A DNA stretch of 64,000 bases from Promethearchaeota archaeon (GTDB taxonomy: Archaea > Asgardarchaeota > Lokiarchaeia > Sigyniarchaeales > SOKP01): the NCBI GenBank assembly GCA_016839705.1, contig JAEOTR010000025.1, forward strand, positions 1-64,000. The letters run 5' to 3'. The notes below the pieces were generated by a model. The model was not told the DNA's origin and made no database searches. It saw only the letters and a list, made by a program, of their open reading frames with translations. The translations under genes and the position numbers were made by a program. Positions 17,667 to 27,589 of this stretch are shown here, piece after piece (the stretch's first letter is position 1; every line of letters starts with the position of its first letter).

Positions 17667-20429
17667 TTATATTAAAAAGAGCATCTTTCCTATAAAACTT
17701 ACTATATCAATTACAGTAATATCTTCTTTTAATTCTCTGTGTTCATTCAGATAGCAATTCAGATGCGCAACACATTTTGGACAAGCAGTAATTAGATATT
17801 CTGCACCAGTTTCTATTGCTTGTAATAATTTTTTCTCTTGTAATTTCTTCGAATCTTCAGTACAAGAGATATAAGCAGATACACCACAACATTCCGCATC
17901 TTGCATTGTATCCCCCATTTCTACTATTTCTACTGAGGGTATTTTTTTTAGTACTTCTCTTGGTGCATCAAAAACCTTACTCATCCTCCCAAGTCTACAA
18001 GGATCATGGTATGTGACTCTAATTTTATCCAAACTTGGAAATGCCATATCTTCTAATAATTTATCTTTTAAAATATATTCAGTTATGTGATAAATTTCAA
18101 AATCAAACTCATCCTTACCCTTGAATAAATTTCTGTATTCATGATTCCATGTATAATACCCTTCAGCACAACTAAAGATAATAGTTTTTACTCCAGCATC
18201 TTTAAATAGATTTACATTATACTTTGCTAAAGTTTCAAAAGTCTTTACATCCCCCCGCCAAATTGCATCATGTCCACAGCATTTTTCTTCGGGTAAAATA
18301 ACGGGAACTATATCGTTTTGATTCAGTATTCCAATTACACTTTTAGGAATTGACAAATAATCTGGAGCATTTAATGAGCTCCAATTATCTTGATTCCCGT
18401 AATTTGATATCATTACCCCTGAAGTATCTAATGCTTTTTCAAAATCTTCAGGGATTTGATCGGAATTGCAGCAGCAATTACAGTTTAAGCACCTATTTGC
18501 TTCTCTTTTTGCTTGTTCTTCAGTAAAACCTAATTCCATTTCATCAAAACAAACAAGTCTTTCCTCACCAGGCATGAAGTTCATTTCTTGGCAAGATTGA
18601 GTTAATATATATTTTTTAGGTATTGTTGAGCGTTTTAAATCACTTTTTACAATTCTTCCTTCTCTTAAATTTAGTCCTCGTAGATATCTATCCATGGTGA
18701 AAGCTGCTTCTCTTCCGTCTCCTATGGCATCAACGGCACACATTAATGAATTATAGATGATATCACCACCAGCGAAAACCCCTGGGATACCCGTTTCATA
18801 AGTTAAATCATCAACTACAATTTTACCTCTCTCAATTTTTAATTTATTATCCGTTGCCGCATTAAGTGGTTCTGGATCAAGCCCTTGACCAATAGCTATT
18901 ACGACGTGATCAACAATTATTTTAAACTCTGATCCTTCAATTTTATTTAATGGTCTCCTTCCTGTTTCTGGATCAGGGTCACCCCATTTTATTTTATAAC
19001 AGTTTAAGGCTAATTTACCATCAGGTTCTTGTGTAATGTTTGCTGTTGATGTTTCAAAATGATATTCCATTAATTCTCGCTCAGCCTCATGTAAGTCTTT
19101 GAGCACGTTCTTTAAAGCATCTTCGGAGAGGATATCGACAAGATCAGCTTTAGTTGCTCCTAATCGAATTGCAGTCTCACCAGCATCTACTGCAACTGCT
19201 CCTCCGCCGATTATCCCAAAAGTTTTACCTTTGAATTCTTCAGGGTTTTCAGCACATTTATATTTTCGATCTAAAAGAAAATCAAGTGCAACATGTACAT
19301 TAGGTAAGTCCTCACCATCAAGCCTTAAAGTTTTTGGCACATACAAGCCTATAGCAATAAAAACAGCTTTAAATCCTTCTTTCCAAATATCATCTAATGT
19401 AAATTTAGGTCCGAATTCTTTATTCAAAACAATTTCTACACCCATGCTTCTAATAAATTCGACATCATGATCAAGCGCTTCATCAGAAAGTCTGTATTGT
19501 GGAACACCATACCTAACTACACCTCCAGTTTTATCTCCTTTCTCGAAGATAGTTGGTTTATAGCCCATTCTTGCAAGAAAGTAAGCAGCAGATAACCCAC
19601 CGGGTCCAGCACCTATAACTGCTACTTTTTCTTTTGTTTGTGGTACAGGTTTTATCTTACTTTGATTAGGATGTTCGGCTTCCCAATCGGAAACAAACCT
19701 TTTTAGTTCCCGGATCGCCACAGGATCATCAAAATATTGTCGATTACAATTTAGCGCACATTGAGCGGTACAGATCCTCCCACATAAATACGGTAAAGGA
19801 TTTTTATCCCGTATAAGATCGATGGATTCTTGATATTTTCCTTCTGAAATTAGGGAAACATAACCTTGAACATCGACACCAGCGGGACATCCTACCACAC
19901 ATGGAGCAGTTCCTGATAGGAAAGGTACACATCCCATAAAATAAGCAATATCTCCGTTATCCGTTGTCTTTAATCCTGTTCCCTCTAAAAATCCTGCTTT
20001 ATTCGTAAATTTAATTTTATCTTCAGCCATTAATTTTGGCAAGCTTGAATATACTCTTTCATGATTGCAGCTTATTAATCCATCTTGTAATGGTTGATAC
20101 TCTGAAGCTAAGGAGCGAAGATCTTTAATGATTTTTGTAAAATTAACTCCGATTTCCTCTTTCGTCATAGGACAGTATACCGAACATAAACCGCATGTTA
20201 GACATTTCCAAATGTCATTCTTTTCTAAAGCTTCTTCCGGCGTAGAAAAAGTCAAATCCATAATTAAGCTACGGGGGTAAAAAATATCAAGGTATGCGGT
20301 TGGGCAAACATTATTACAACGATTACAAGAGTAGCAGTAATTTGCAGCATTATTTACTTTTTTAAGCAACTCGATTGAAGCGCTCCCAGTAATTTTTTCT
20401 TCAGCTGCTTTTTCATCGATTTCAGTCAT
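17667..20429 (-). CDS. HdrD-like (4Fe-4S + CCG) protein with inserted GltD/NfnA-like FAD/NAD oxidoreductase module
   Basis: CYSCNRCNNVCP, CLTCGLCSVYCP; APCVVGCP, CGRICTAQCALNCNR, GAGPGG, GVFAGGD; EKCCGH, TYHDPCRLGR, ECCG, TACPKC. Confidence 0.88.
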   Translation of the reverse strand: MTEIDEKAAEEKITGSASIELLKKVNNAANYCYSCNRCNNVCPTAYLDIFYPRSLIMDLTFSTPEEALEKNDIWKCLTCGLCSVYCPMTKEEIGVNFTKIIKDLRSLASEYQPLQDGLISCNHERVYSSLPKLMAEDKIKFTNKAGFLEGTGLKTTDNGDIAYFMGCVPFLSGTAPCVVGCPAGVDVQGYVSLISEGKYQESIDLIRDKNPLPYLCGRICTAQCALNCNRQYFDDPVAIRELKRFVSDWEAEHPNQSKIKPVPQTKEKVAVIGAGPGGLSAAYFLARMGYKPTIFEKGDKTGGVVRYGVPQYRLSDEALDHDVEFIRSMGVEIVLNKEFGPKFTLDDIWKEGFKAVFIAIGLYVPKTLRLDGEDLPNVHVALDFLLDRKYKCAENPEEFKGKTFGIIGGGAVAVDAGETAIRLGATKADLVDILSEDALKNVLKDLHEAERELMEYHFETSTANITQEPDGKLALNCYKIKWGDPDPETGRRPLNKIEGSEFKIIVDHVVIAIGQGLDPEPLNAATDNKLKIERGKIVVDDLTYETGIPGVFAGGDIIYNSLMCAVDAIGDGREAAFTMDRYLRGLNLREGRIVKSDLKRSTIPKKYILTQSCQEMNFMPGEERLVCFDEMELGFTEEQAKREANRCLNCNCCCNSDQIPEDFEKALDTSGVMISNYGNQDNWSSLNAPDYLSIPKSVIGILNQNDIVPVILPEEKCCGHDAIWRGDVKTFETLAKYNVNLFKDAGVKTIIFSCAEGYYTWNHEYRNLFKGKDEFDFEIYHITEYILKDKLLEDMAFPSLDKIRVTYHDPCRLGRMSKVFDAPREVLKKIPSVEIVEMGDTMQDAECCGVSAYISCTEDSKKLQEKKLLQAIETGAEYLITACPKCVAHLNCYLNEHRELKEDITVIDIVSFIGKMLFLI

Positions 20430-20621
20430 ATTTTCTCAATAAAATTAAGTGTTTGATACTGTTTATCTAAAATTTTTTTTTAATTTGAATATAACTATTA
20501 TAATTTGATAATAACAACTTTACATACACTTCTTATTTCGCATTAGATTTTCTATTTTAACGTCTTAATTTAAAATACTAAAATTTTTACGTTTGCTTAT
20601 ATTAATTAAAATATAAAGATA

Positions 20622-23600
20622 ATGGTTTCCAAAATAGATCTCTTAAAATATCGATGCCCCTTCTGTAAAAAAGAATTAGAATCGAAATTTTCAAAATGCT
20701 TTAATATTTACTGCCAAGGGCAGAAATTCAACACAGGAAATTTAGTTATTTATAGGTTAAATCCAGAATTAGGCTTAGGAAGGATTATAAAGGTAATAGA
20801 AATTCCTACTTCAAAATCTTTAGATGATGAAGACACAACCTTTTTCTCAAAATATAAAGTTCTTTTCAAAAATAACATTGTAAAGATTATACATCCTATA
20901 GATTTAGTACACTTCATTTTTGAAGAGAATGAGAAAATTGAAAGCAAACAGGGAATTGGAATCATTAATTCTGAAGATTTTTTAAACCAGGATGGGAAAA
21001 TCTCTTATGAGTTTTTAAAGAAAAATGGAAAAGTATCACAGATTTATGAATCTGAAATTTTTTCTAAGTTTATACCAACTCTCGATTTAAAAATATCACA
21101 ACGAAAATACGACCCTCCGAGACAATTCTTGATTAAATATTGGGCTCATCTCTTTTATTCTTATTACACTTCTTATCAAATAAAGTGTATAACAAATTCT
21201 CGTTTGTCCTTAATGCCACATCAAATTAATGTGACACATCGATTATCTGAAGAATATTTCCCAAGAATTATCCTTGCCGATGAAGTTGGATTAGGGAAAA
21301 CAATAGAAGCGGGTATATATATCAAAGAGATGATGGCGAGAAATCTTGCTGAACGAGTAATTATAATTGTGCCTGCTTCATTAGTAAAACAATGGCAGTT
21401 TGAGATGCAAAACAAATTTAACATCAATTTTACAATTTATGATGGAAAAAAAATAAAGGAATTACAACGAAACGGTAATTATAAAAGTGCTGAGATGTAT
21501 CAAAATCTCTTTTACTATGATAATTTAATTATCTGTTCGCTTCAATTTGCGAGAAATCAAAAATATATTGAAATGATCTCTGCAATTTCCTGGGATATTG
21601 TAATTTTTGATGAAGCTCATCATTTAAGGCGATATTTAACCAATACATCTTCAGGAAGATACAGAGAAACTCTCAATTATGAATTAGCTCGGAATTTAAG
21701 CTTAAAATCAGAAAGTATGCTTTTATTAACTGCCACTCCATTACAACTCCACTCATTTGAACTATTTTCATTGATCGAGCTGATCCACCCTGAATCATTT
21801 AACAATTTCAGTGATTTTGAACATTTTAGAAAAAATATGCCCTTCATCAATCTACTAATTACCAATATAAATCAAATTGACAAATTAAATAATTTTGAAG
21901 TAAAAAATACCGTAAAACTTCTCAAAGATCTTAATTACATTAGTAAAGACAAGAGTAATGCACAAATCCTTGCTGAGATAAAAGATGAATCATTGAGACT
22001 AAATATATTGAAAAGAATTGAACAAGACCATACGCTTTCAAAATTCTTAATAAGAAATCGAAAGAAAAATATCTTTACTGAAGAACTCATCAATAAAAGA
22101 ATCGTTCACACCATTTTAGTTAACCCTACCAAAGAAGAATTGGATGTGTATAATGAAATTCGCCTATATCTAGCTCAGATTTATAATTCATCTCCTAGTA
22201 AAGAAAATGTCGGTTTAGGATTTGTATTAACAACTCTTCAGAAATTATTAACAAGCTCGAAATTTGCGATATTAAAAAGCCTTGAGAGAAGATTAGAGCA
22301 GATTAATAGGTTTAAAGATATTTTTTTAAATTTAGATGCTATAAAAGATGAAGATCCTGAATATTTTGAGCTAGAAGTGGAAGATGAGTTTCTCGACTCA
22401 GAAATTTTTGAAAAATATAAAGATAAATTATCCAAAGAACAAATTGAGTATGGATCAAATGTATTTAACCAACAAAACATCTTAAAGGAATTCTATACTA
22501 AATTAAAAAATTTACCGTATGATTCTAAATCTGATAAATTAGTTGAAGTTATCAATCAGATTCATTCTCGAAATCCTAGAGAAAAATTAATAATCTTTAC
22601 ACAATTCGTTGATACACTTAATTATTTGAAAGATCTGTTGAAAAAGGAAAATTGTGATTATTTTGTGGAAATTTTTTATGGAGGTTTAGATAAGGATCAA
22701 AAAGATGAAGCAGTCGAGAGATTTCGTAATGATCAGAATTTTTCAATTCTTATTTCAACTGAAATTGGGGGTGAGGGTCGAAATTTTCAATTCTGTCGAA
22801 CCCTCATAAACTATGATTTACCTTGGAATCCAATGAAACTTGAACAAAGAATTGGAAGGCTTGATAGAATTGGACAAGAATCCCGAGAAATTTATATATA
22901 TAATTTCTACTTAGAAGGTACTGTTGAAACAGATGTTGTTTATGCATTGATAAAGAGGATTAACCTATTTGAAGAATCAATTGGAATATTAGAACCCATT
23001 ATTGGGAGAATAGAGAAAGATCTTAAAAACGTTATTTTTGCAGAAGATGATAAGAAAAAAAGAAAAAAATTAAATGAATTTTACCGAACATTGGATGAAG
23101 AAATTCAAAGGGCAAAGGAAATTGAAATACAATTAGATGACCTAATGATTGATAAAAGGTCTTTCCAAATGGAAAGTTTAGTAAGTACGCTTGCATCCTG
23201 TATTGATGTAAAACTTACTCATAATAAACTTTTTTTACTAATTAGCTACTTTTTCAACCTTAACAGTCACAAATATGGAATTGTTGGAAATTTAGAAAAT
23301 AAAATAGATAATGATGGAGGGATTATTCAATTTATATCGAAAATAAAAATAGATAAGAAATTGTTAAGAACTCATAAATATAATCTCCTCGATGAATATA
23401 TTGGGACTTTTGATTTAGATTTTGCTCGAGAGAGAGAAGAATATGATTTTTTTGCTTTAGGTCACCCTTTGATTAATGCAATCTTAGATTTTTGTATGAA
23501 TGATTCCTTTAAAGGAAATTATACTTCTCTGAATTTGAAAAAAAACACTATACCTAACAATATAATAGCGGATTTAGCTCATCAGAAAGAATTTTATCTA

Positions 23601-24230
23601 TTTGTTTTTTCAGTCAAATTTCAAGGATATATAATTGAAAACCAGATATTAAGTGTACTTATGGATAAAAATGGAAATGAAATGAAAAAATTACAGGATT
23701 TTGTCTTAAATATAGAGAACTATGACAAAGTTTTTGAGTTTAGCGAACAATCAAAAAATCTCGAGAAATCTGTTGATTTGATTTCAAATCTTCAAGCTAA
23801 GGCTAAAAAGATCGTAAAATCTAAAACCTCGATTTGGAAAAAAGAAATAAAAGAACTTAATGACAAAATCTTTACTATTGAAAGAGAAAAAAAGAAGAAA
23901 ATGTACGCTTATAACAGAAGGGTTTTAAATTTTAAACTAGAATCAGTACATCAGAGATTAGAACGTAATATCAATAAGAAACCCACAAACCGGCAACTTC
24001 AGAATATTAATAATTTACAGGATGAGGTCAAGAAACAAGAAAGACTGCAGGGAATAAAAAGATTGCAAGAAGAAATAAGGTTTGATGAAAGAGATATAAA
24101 ACGAATAGAAAAAACATTAGACGATTTATCTTTTGAATATGAAGACTTAAAAAATGAGATGATAAGAAGGAACTTAGCGAAATTCTATACTAACGTATTA
24201 TCTTTTGCTATTATACAACTCGATGACTAG
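20622..24230 (+). CDS. SNF2-family (RapA/HepA-like) helicase
   Basis: LADEVGLGKT, DEAHH, LTATP, STEIGGEGRNFQ, YDLPWNPMKLEQRIGRLDRIGQ; N-terminal Cys cluster, C-terminal coiled coil. Confidence 0.9.
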   Translation: MVSKIDLLKYRCPFCKKELESKFSKCFNIYCQGQKFNTGNLVIYRLNPELGLGRIIKVIEIPTSKSLDDEDTTFFSKYKVLFKNNIVKIIHPIDLVHFIFEENEKIESKQGIGIINSEDFLNQDGKISYEFLKKNGKVSQIYESEIFSKFIPTLDLKISQRKYDPPRQFLIKYWAHLFYSYYTSYQIKCITNSRLSLMPHQINVTHRLSEEYFPRIILADEVGLGKTIEAGIYIKEMMARNLAERVIIIVPASLVKQWQFEMQNKFNINFTIYDGKKIKELQRNGNYKSAEMYQNLFYYDNLIICSLQFARNQKYIEMISAISWDIVIFDEAHHLRRYLTNTSSGRYRETLNYELARNLSLKSESMLLLTATPLQLHSFELFSLIELIHPESFNNFSDFEHFRKNMPFINLLITNINQIDKLNNFEVKNTVKLLKDLNYISKDKSNAQILAEIKDESLRLNILKRIEQDHTLSKFLIRNRKKNIFTEELINKRIVHTILVNPTKEELDVYNEIRLYLAQIYNSSPSKENVGLGFVLTTLQKLLTSSKFAILKSLERRLEQINRFKDIFLNLDAIKDEDPEYFELEVEDEFLDSEIFEKYKDKLSKEQIEYGSNVFNQQNILKEFYTKLKNLPYDSKSDKLVEVINQIHSRNPREKLIIFTQFVDTLNYLKDLLKKENCDYFVEIFYGGLDKDQKDEAVERFRNDQNFSILISTEIGGEGRNFQFCRTLINYDLPWNPMKLEQRIGRLDRIGQESREIYIYNFYLEGTVETDVVYALIKRINLFEESIGILEPIIGRIEKDLKNVIFAEDDKKKRKKLNEFYRTLDEEIQRAKEIEIQLDDLMIDKRSFQMESLVSTLASCIDVKLTHNKLFLLISYFFNLNSHKYGIVGNLENKIDNDGGIIQFISKIKIDKKLLRTHKYNLLDEYIGTFDLDFAREREEYDFFALGHPLINAILDFCMNDSFKGNYTSLNLKKNTIPNNIIADLAHQKEFYLFVFSVKFQGYIIENQILSVLMDKNGNEMKKLQDFVLNIENYDKVFEFSEQSKNLEKSVDLISNLQAKAKKIVKSKTSIWKKEIKELNDKIFTIEREKKKKMYAYNRRVLNFKLESVHQRLERNINKKPTNRQLQNINNLQDEVKKQERLQGIKRLQEEIRFDERDIKRIEKTLDDLSFEYEDLKNEMIRRNLAKFYTNVLSFAIIQLDD

Positions 24231-24765
24231 ACTTAGCATTTACATTTTTAAGCATTTGATGTGTCAGGTTTAAGAAGGCACCTTCGACATTTTCACCTAT
24301 TTTAACAGAAGTAGATATAAAAGCAGTATTTTCTCTCTTAGCTAGAGCTTCAGCACTATCTTTATCATATTCCCCATAACTATCTTCTATTAAATCCGCT
24401 TTATTTCCTATCAGTATAAAAAGGATATCTTTCCCTGCGAATTCTCGTAAATCTGAGAGCCAATCATCTAATTCTTTAAATGTATGCCATCTTGAGATAT
24501 CAAAAACTATTAGTGCTCCTTTTGCTCCATCGAAAAAACTTGCTCGAAGGAATTTGTAGCGGTCTTGTCCACCAATATCCCATATCTGTAATTTACATGT
24601 AGTATCTGGTTTTGGGTATCCCTCAATAATTTTCGAAAGAAAGTCTGCTCCTATCGTTAATTTATAACAAAAAGAGAATTTATTCTCAAGGAAACGATGC
24701 AAAAGGCTAGTTTTTCCCACTACTCCTGGGCCAATTATGATTACTTTAAAAACGTATAAGGACAT
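24211..24765 (-). CDS. Rab-like small GTPase
   Basis: GPGVVGKT, TIGADF, WDIGGQDRY, GNKAD, TSVK; overlaps the helicase 3' end by 20 nt. Confidence 0.9.
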   Translation of the reverse strand: MSLYVFKVIIIGPGVVGKTSLLHRFLENKFSFCYKLTIGADFLSKIIEGYPKPDTTCKLQIWDIGGQDRYKFLRASFFDGAKGALIVFDISRWHTFKELDDWLSDLREFAGKDILFILIGNKADLIEDSYGEYDKDSAEALAKRENTAFISTSVKIGENVEGAFLNLTHQMLKNVNAKSSHRVV

Positions 24766-24920
24766 AATGAATGGGACTAATGTTATTTAAAAAATCTAGT
24801 TTAATAAATAATCTAAATCAAATATTTAAACATTTTCACAAATGATTCATTTATATAGAAACGACAATAAAGTGTATACTCTTTTAGCCTATTAGAATTT
24901 GTACTTTTGGAAAAAATAAC

Positions 24921-25448
24921 TTAAGAATAATGTTGTAACATTCTTAGGGTAAGCTCTAAAAAGGCTTTCTCAACATTATCTCCATTTTTAGCAGAAGTTG
25001 TAAAAAATGAGCTATTAATCTGTTCTGCAAACTTTTGAGGTTCTTCTGAATCTATTACTTCCCCAATATCTGGTATTAGATCTGATTTATTCCCAATTAA
25101 TACTATAGGAATTTCTTCTTGGATAATACTATTCATATCAGTTAGCCATTCTTTCATTTTTGGGAATGTTTTTGCTCGTGAGAGATCAAAAGCTAGTAGA
25201 GCACCATGGGTTCCTTCATAAAAACTACGACGTAGAAATTTAAATCGTTCTTGTCCTCCTACATCCCAGATTGAAAGTCTAGCTAATTTTCCTTTTTTAT
25301 ATTCAACGGTTTTGGCTAAGAAATCGACACCGATGGTAAATTGGTATTCACCCGAAAATTTATTCTCAACAAATCGTCGTATTAGGCTGGATTTACCAAC
25401 TGCGGGAGGTCCAATAATAATTATTTTGAAAGTATATTCAGCGGTCAT
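24921..25448 (-). CDS. Rab-like small GTPase
   Basis: GPPAVGKS, TIGVDF, WDVGGQERF, GNKSD, TSAK. Confidence 0.92.
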   Translation of the reverse strand: MTAEYTFKIIIIGPPAVGKSSLIRRFVENKFSGEYQFTIGVDFLAKTVEYKKGKLARLSIWDVGGQERFKFLRRSFYEGTHGALLAFDLSRAKTFPKMKEWLTDMNSIIQEEIPIVLIGNKSDLIPDIGEVIDSEEPQKFAEQINSSFFTTSAKNGDNVEKAFLELTLRMLQHYS

Positions 25449-25486
25449 TGTTTTTCAGTTATAATTATGTATAATTCAATATTGGG

Positions 25487-26299
25487 TTATTTATTTATTA
25501 AATTGTACTTTTTTCCATATTGTTTAAATAATTTCGTTCCTCCACCCTCTTGCAAGATTCGCAATGTTGCTTTTGAGTTTAGAATTTCCATACCACCAAC
25601 TATGTTTACGCCATTTTCAAATAAAACATCTGGAACTAAGCTGGCTGAGGGCCCAATTAAAACTATCTTTCGAGCTTTATTTCTGAACAATTCTAATATT
25701 TTTTCAATAGTATTGTTGATTAATGTAGTTCCTGTACAAAATAAGATATCGGTTGAAAAATCATTATTTCTTAATTGTTCTATTTTATTGCTAAATTTGA
25801 ACTCATTAAATTCTGCTGTTAATGGAATAGAATCCTCCACTAAAGTAATAGCTTTTGTCATTTTACTTAACTTATGAATTAGGGGTTTCATTAATCCAAT
25901 AACCATAATTTTGGTATCAATATCAATATTCAATTCACTAAGTAAATCACCATTCAATTTGGTGTAAGAACTTTTAATTTTAAAAATATGCTGAGAGATT
26001 GCGTTAATAGTTGCAAGACCCACAATTTTTTTAATGTTTGGAGGTTCAATTGACCAGTCCATCAGTTCAAATAATGCTTTATTCGTAAGATTTCCGGCAA
26101 ATTCTATTTTACTACAATCAATATTATTTACTATACTAGGAACTGTAGCAGCTAGCCCTAAAAATGAACCAGCTTTCTGAGTAGAAATCTCTACACCGGT
26201 ATATCCTAATCCTAAAACAACTCTAGAAACCTTTGGAGGTTGTATGTTATGACTTATATAGGTTTGCTTAAGGTGTTCTACGGTTTTTTCTAAAATCAT
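25487..26299 (-). CDS. DUF364-family (Rossmann-like, putative metal/pterin-binding) protein
   Basis: VGLATINAISQ, TGTTLINNTI, IGPSAS, GVNIVGG. Confidence 0.75.
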   Translation of the reverse strand: MILEKTVEHLKQTYISHNIQPPKVSRVVLGLGYTGVEISTQKAGSFLGLAATVPSIVNNIDCSKIEFAGNLTNKALFELMDWSIEPPNIKKIVGLATINAISQHIFKIKSSYTKLNGDLLSELNIDIDTKIMVIGLMKPLIHKLSKMTKAITLVEDSIPLTAEFNEFKFSNKIEQLRNNDFSTDILFCTGTTLINNTIEKILELFRNKARKIVLIGPSASLVPDVLFENGVNIVGGMEILNSKATLRILQEGGGTKLFKQYGKKYNLINK

Positions 26300-26363
26300 T
26301 TAAACAAGTAAATATCAATTTTGTTTAAATAATAAAGTTGCTTATTTAACATTAAAAATTTTT

Positions 26364-26759
26364 ATGAATCGTGAGTTTCGTTTGGATTACATTATTATTG
26401 AAAATGAAAAAATTGGCCAAATTAAAGCTGAGCTCCTTAGAGATAAGAATCCTAAGACATGTGATGCAATTTGGGATGCTTTACCATTTGAGGTTAATCT
26501 AGCAAGATGGGGAGAAGAATTGTATGGTGAAATTCCCGTCTCTTTGGGGCAAGAAAATTCTCAAGTTGACTGTGAAGTAGGAGATATTGGGTTTTGGCCA
26601 AGTGGGAATGGATTTTGTATCTTTTTTGGACCTACTCCTGCTAGTAAAGATGATAAACCAAAAGCAGCGTCTCCAGTGAATATATTTGCGAAAGTTGAAG
26701 GAGATGCAAATATTTTTAATCAATTCTCATCCTTTAAAGGTCAAGTAAAAAAAGGGTAA
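26364..26759 (+). CDS. Cyclophilin-like fold protein (DUF369/TM1367-like)
   Basis: PKTCDAIWDALP, WGEELY, GDIGFWPSGNGFCIFFGPTP, ASPVNIF. Confidence 0.8.
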   Translation: MNREFRLDYIIIENEKIGQIKAELLRDKNPKTCDAIWDALPFEVNLARWGEELYGEIPVSLGQENSQVDCEVGDIGFWPSGNGFCIFFGPTPASKDDKPKAASPVNIFAKVEGDANIFNQFSSFKGQVKKG

Positions 26760-26795
26760 TAATTTCTCTTAATTCTACGAAATTTTAATAAACAA

Positions 26796-27068
26796 TTGTT
26801 GAGTGCTACTAATATGCTTGAACCCATTCAAGAGGAAATAACCAGAGCAAGAAAATTATTAAATGAGGGAAAGGTAGAAGAAGCTCTTGAATTTATAAAG
26901 AACCTAGAAGAAAGGAAAAACTTGACAGATATTGAGAAAGTTGAATGTCTTATTCTTAAAGGTTGTATCTTCAATGAAATGGGATTGCATAATGATTGGC
27001 TGGAACTTTCTAAACTTATTTTACAAGAAGGTGAACAATTAGGAAAGCCGAATTTGAATCTTTCGTGA
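26796..27068 (+). pseudogene. N-terminal fragment of a TPR-protein gene
   Basis: ARKLLNEGKVEEALEFI...CLILKGCIFNEMG helical repeat start, ends after about 90 aa with no recognisable continuation. Confidence 0.5.
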
Positions 27069-27145
27069 TTTTTTCCAAAGTAATTATTTCTTGAGGGTAC
27101 TCAACGTCATTCATTTCTAATATAAGGAATATATTATTTTTTATT

Positions 27146-27577
27146 TTACAGTATAATTATTTCTAACTCTTCTCTAGACTCAGCATTTCCTTTTAAGATG
27201 CTATTTTGATTGCTAAAATTATCAAAATTCAGTTTAGTGTCTTTAGCAATTACACAATTATTTAGTTTGAAATTCTTTCCTATATTGACATTATCAAGTA
27301 TTATACAATTAGAAATTTCTGCATAATCATCGATTACGGAGTTATTTCCGATGTAAACCTTGGGTCCGATGAGTACATCATCGCCTATTTTCACATGATT
27401 TCCAAGAATAACGGGTTCCATGAATGTAGGATAGTCTCCTATATAATTATCTATTTTTAACCCTTTAATATGATCTTTTAGTAGTTTTGTTTTTAAATCT
27501 TTAATTTCTTCTAAATCAAATTCTTTTTTACTAAGTAGGCTTTCTAAATGTTGTAGTAGTTCTTTCATAATTATCAC
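27146..27577 (-). CDS. Stand-alone left-handed beta-helix (hexapeptide repeat) protein resembling NDP-sugar synthase C-termini
   Basis: PVILGNHVKIGDDVLIGPKVYIGNNSVI...NCIILDNVNIG. Confidence 0.7.
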   Translation of the reverse strand: MIIMKELLQHLESLLSKKEFDLEEIKDLKTKLLKDHIKGLKIDNYIGDYPTFMEPVILGNHVKIGDDVLIGPKVYIGNNSVIDDYAEISNCIILDNVNIGKNFKLNNCVIAKDTKLNFDNFSNQNSILKGNAESREELEIIIL

Positions 27578-27589
27578 TTACATAAAGAA

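Noticed and set aside
20622-24230. SNF2 helicase as part of a DISARM or other defence island
   Set aside because: No DNA methylase, DrmA/B/C or nuclease genes adjacent
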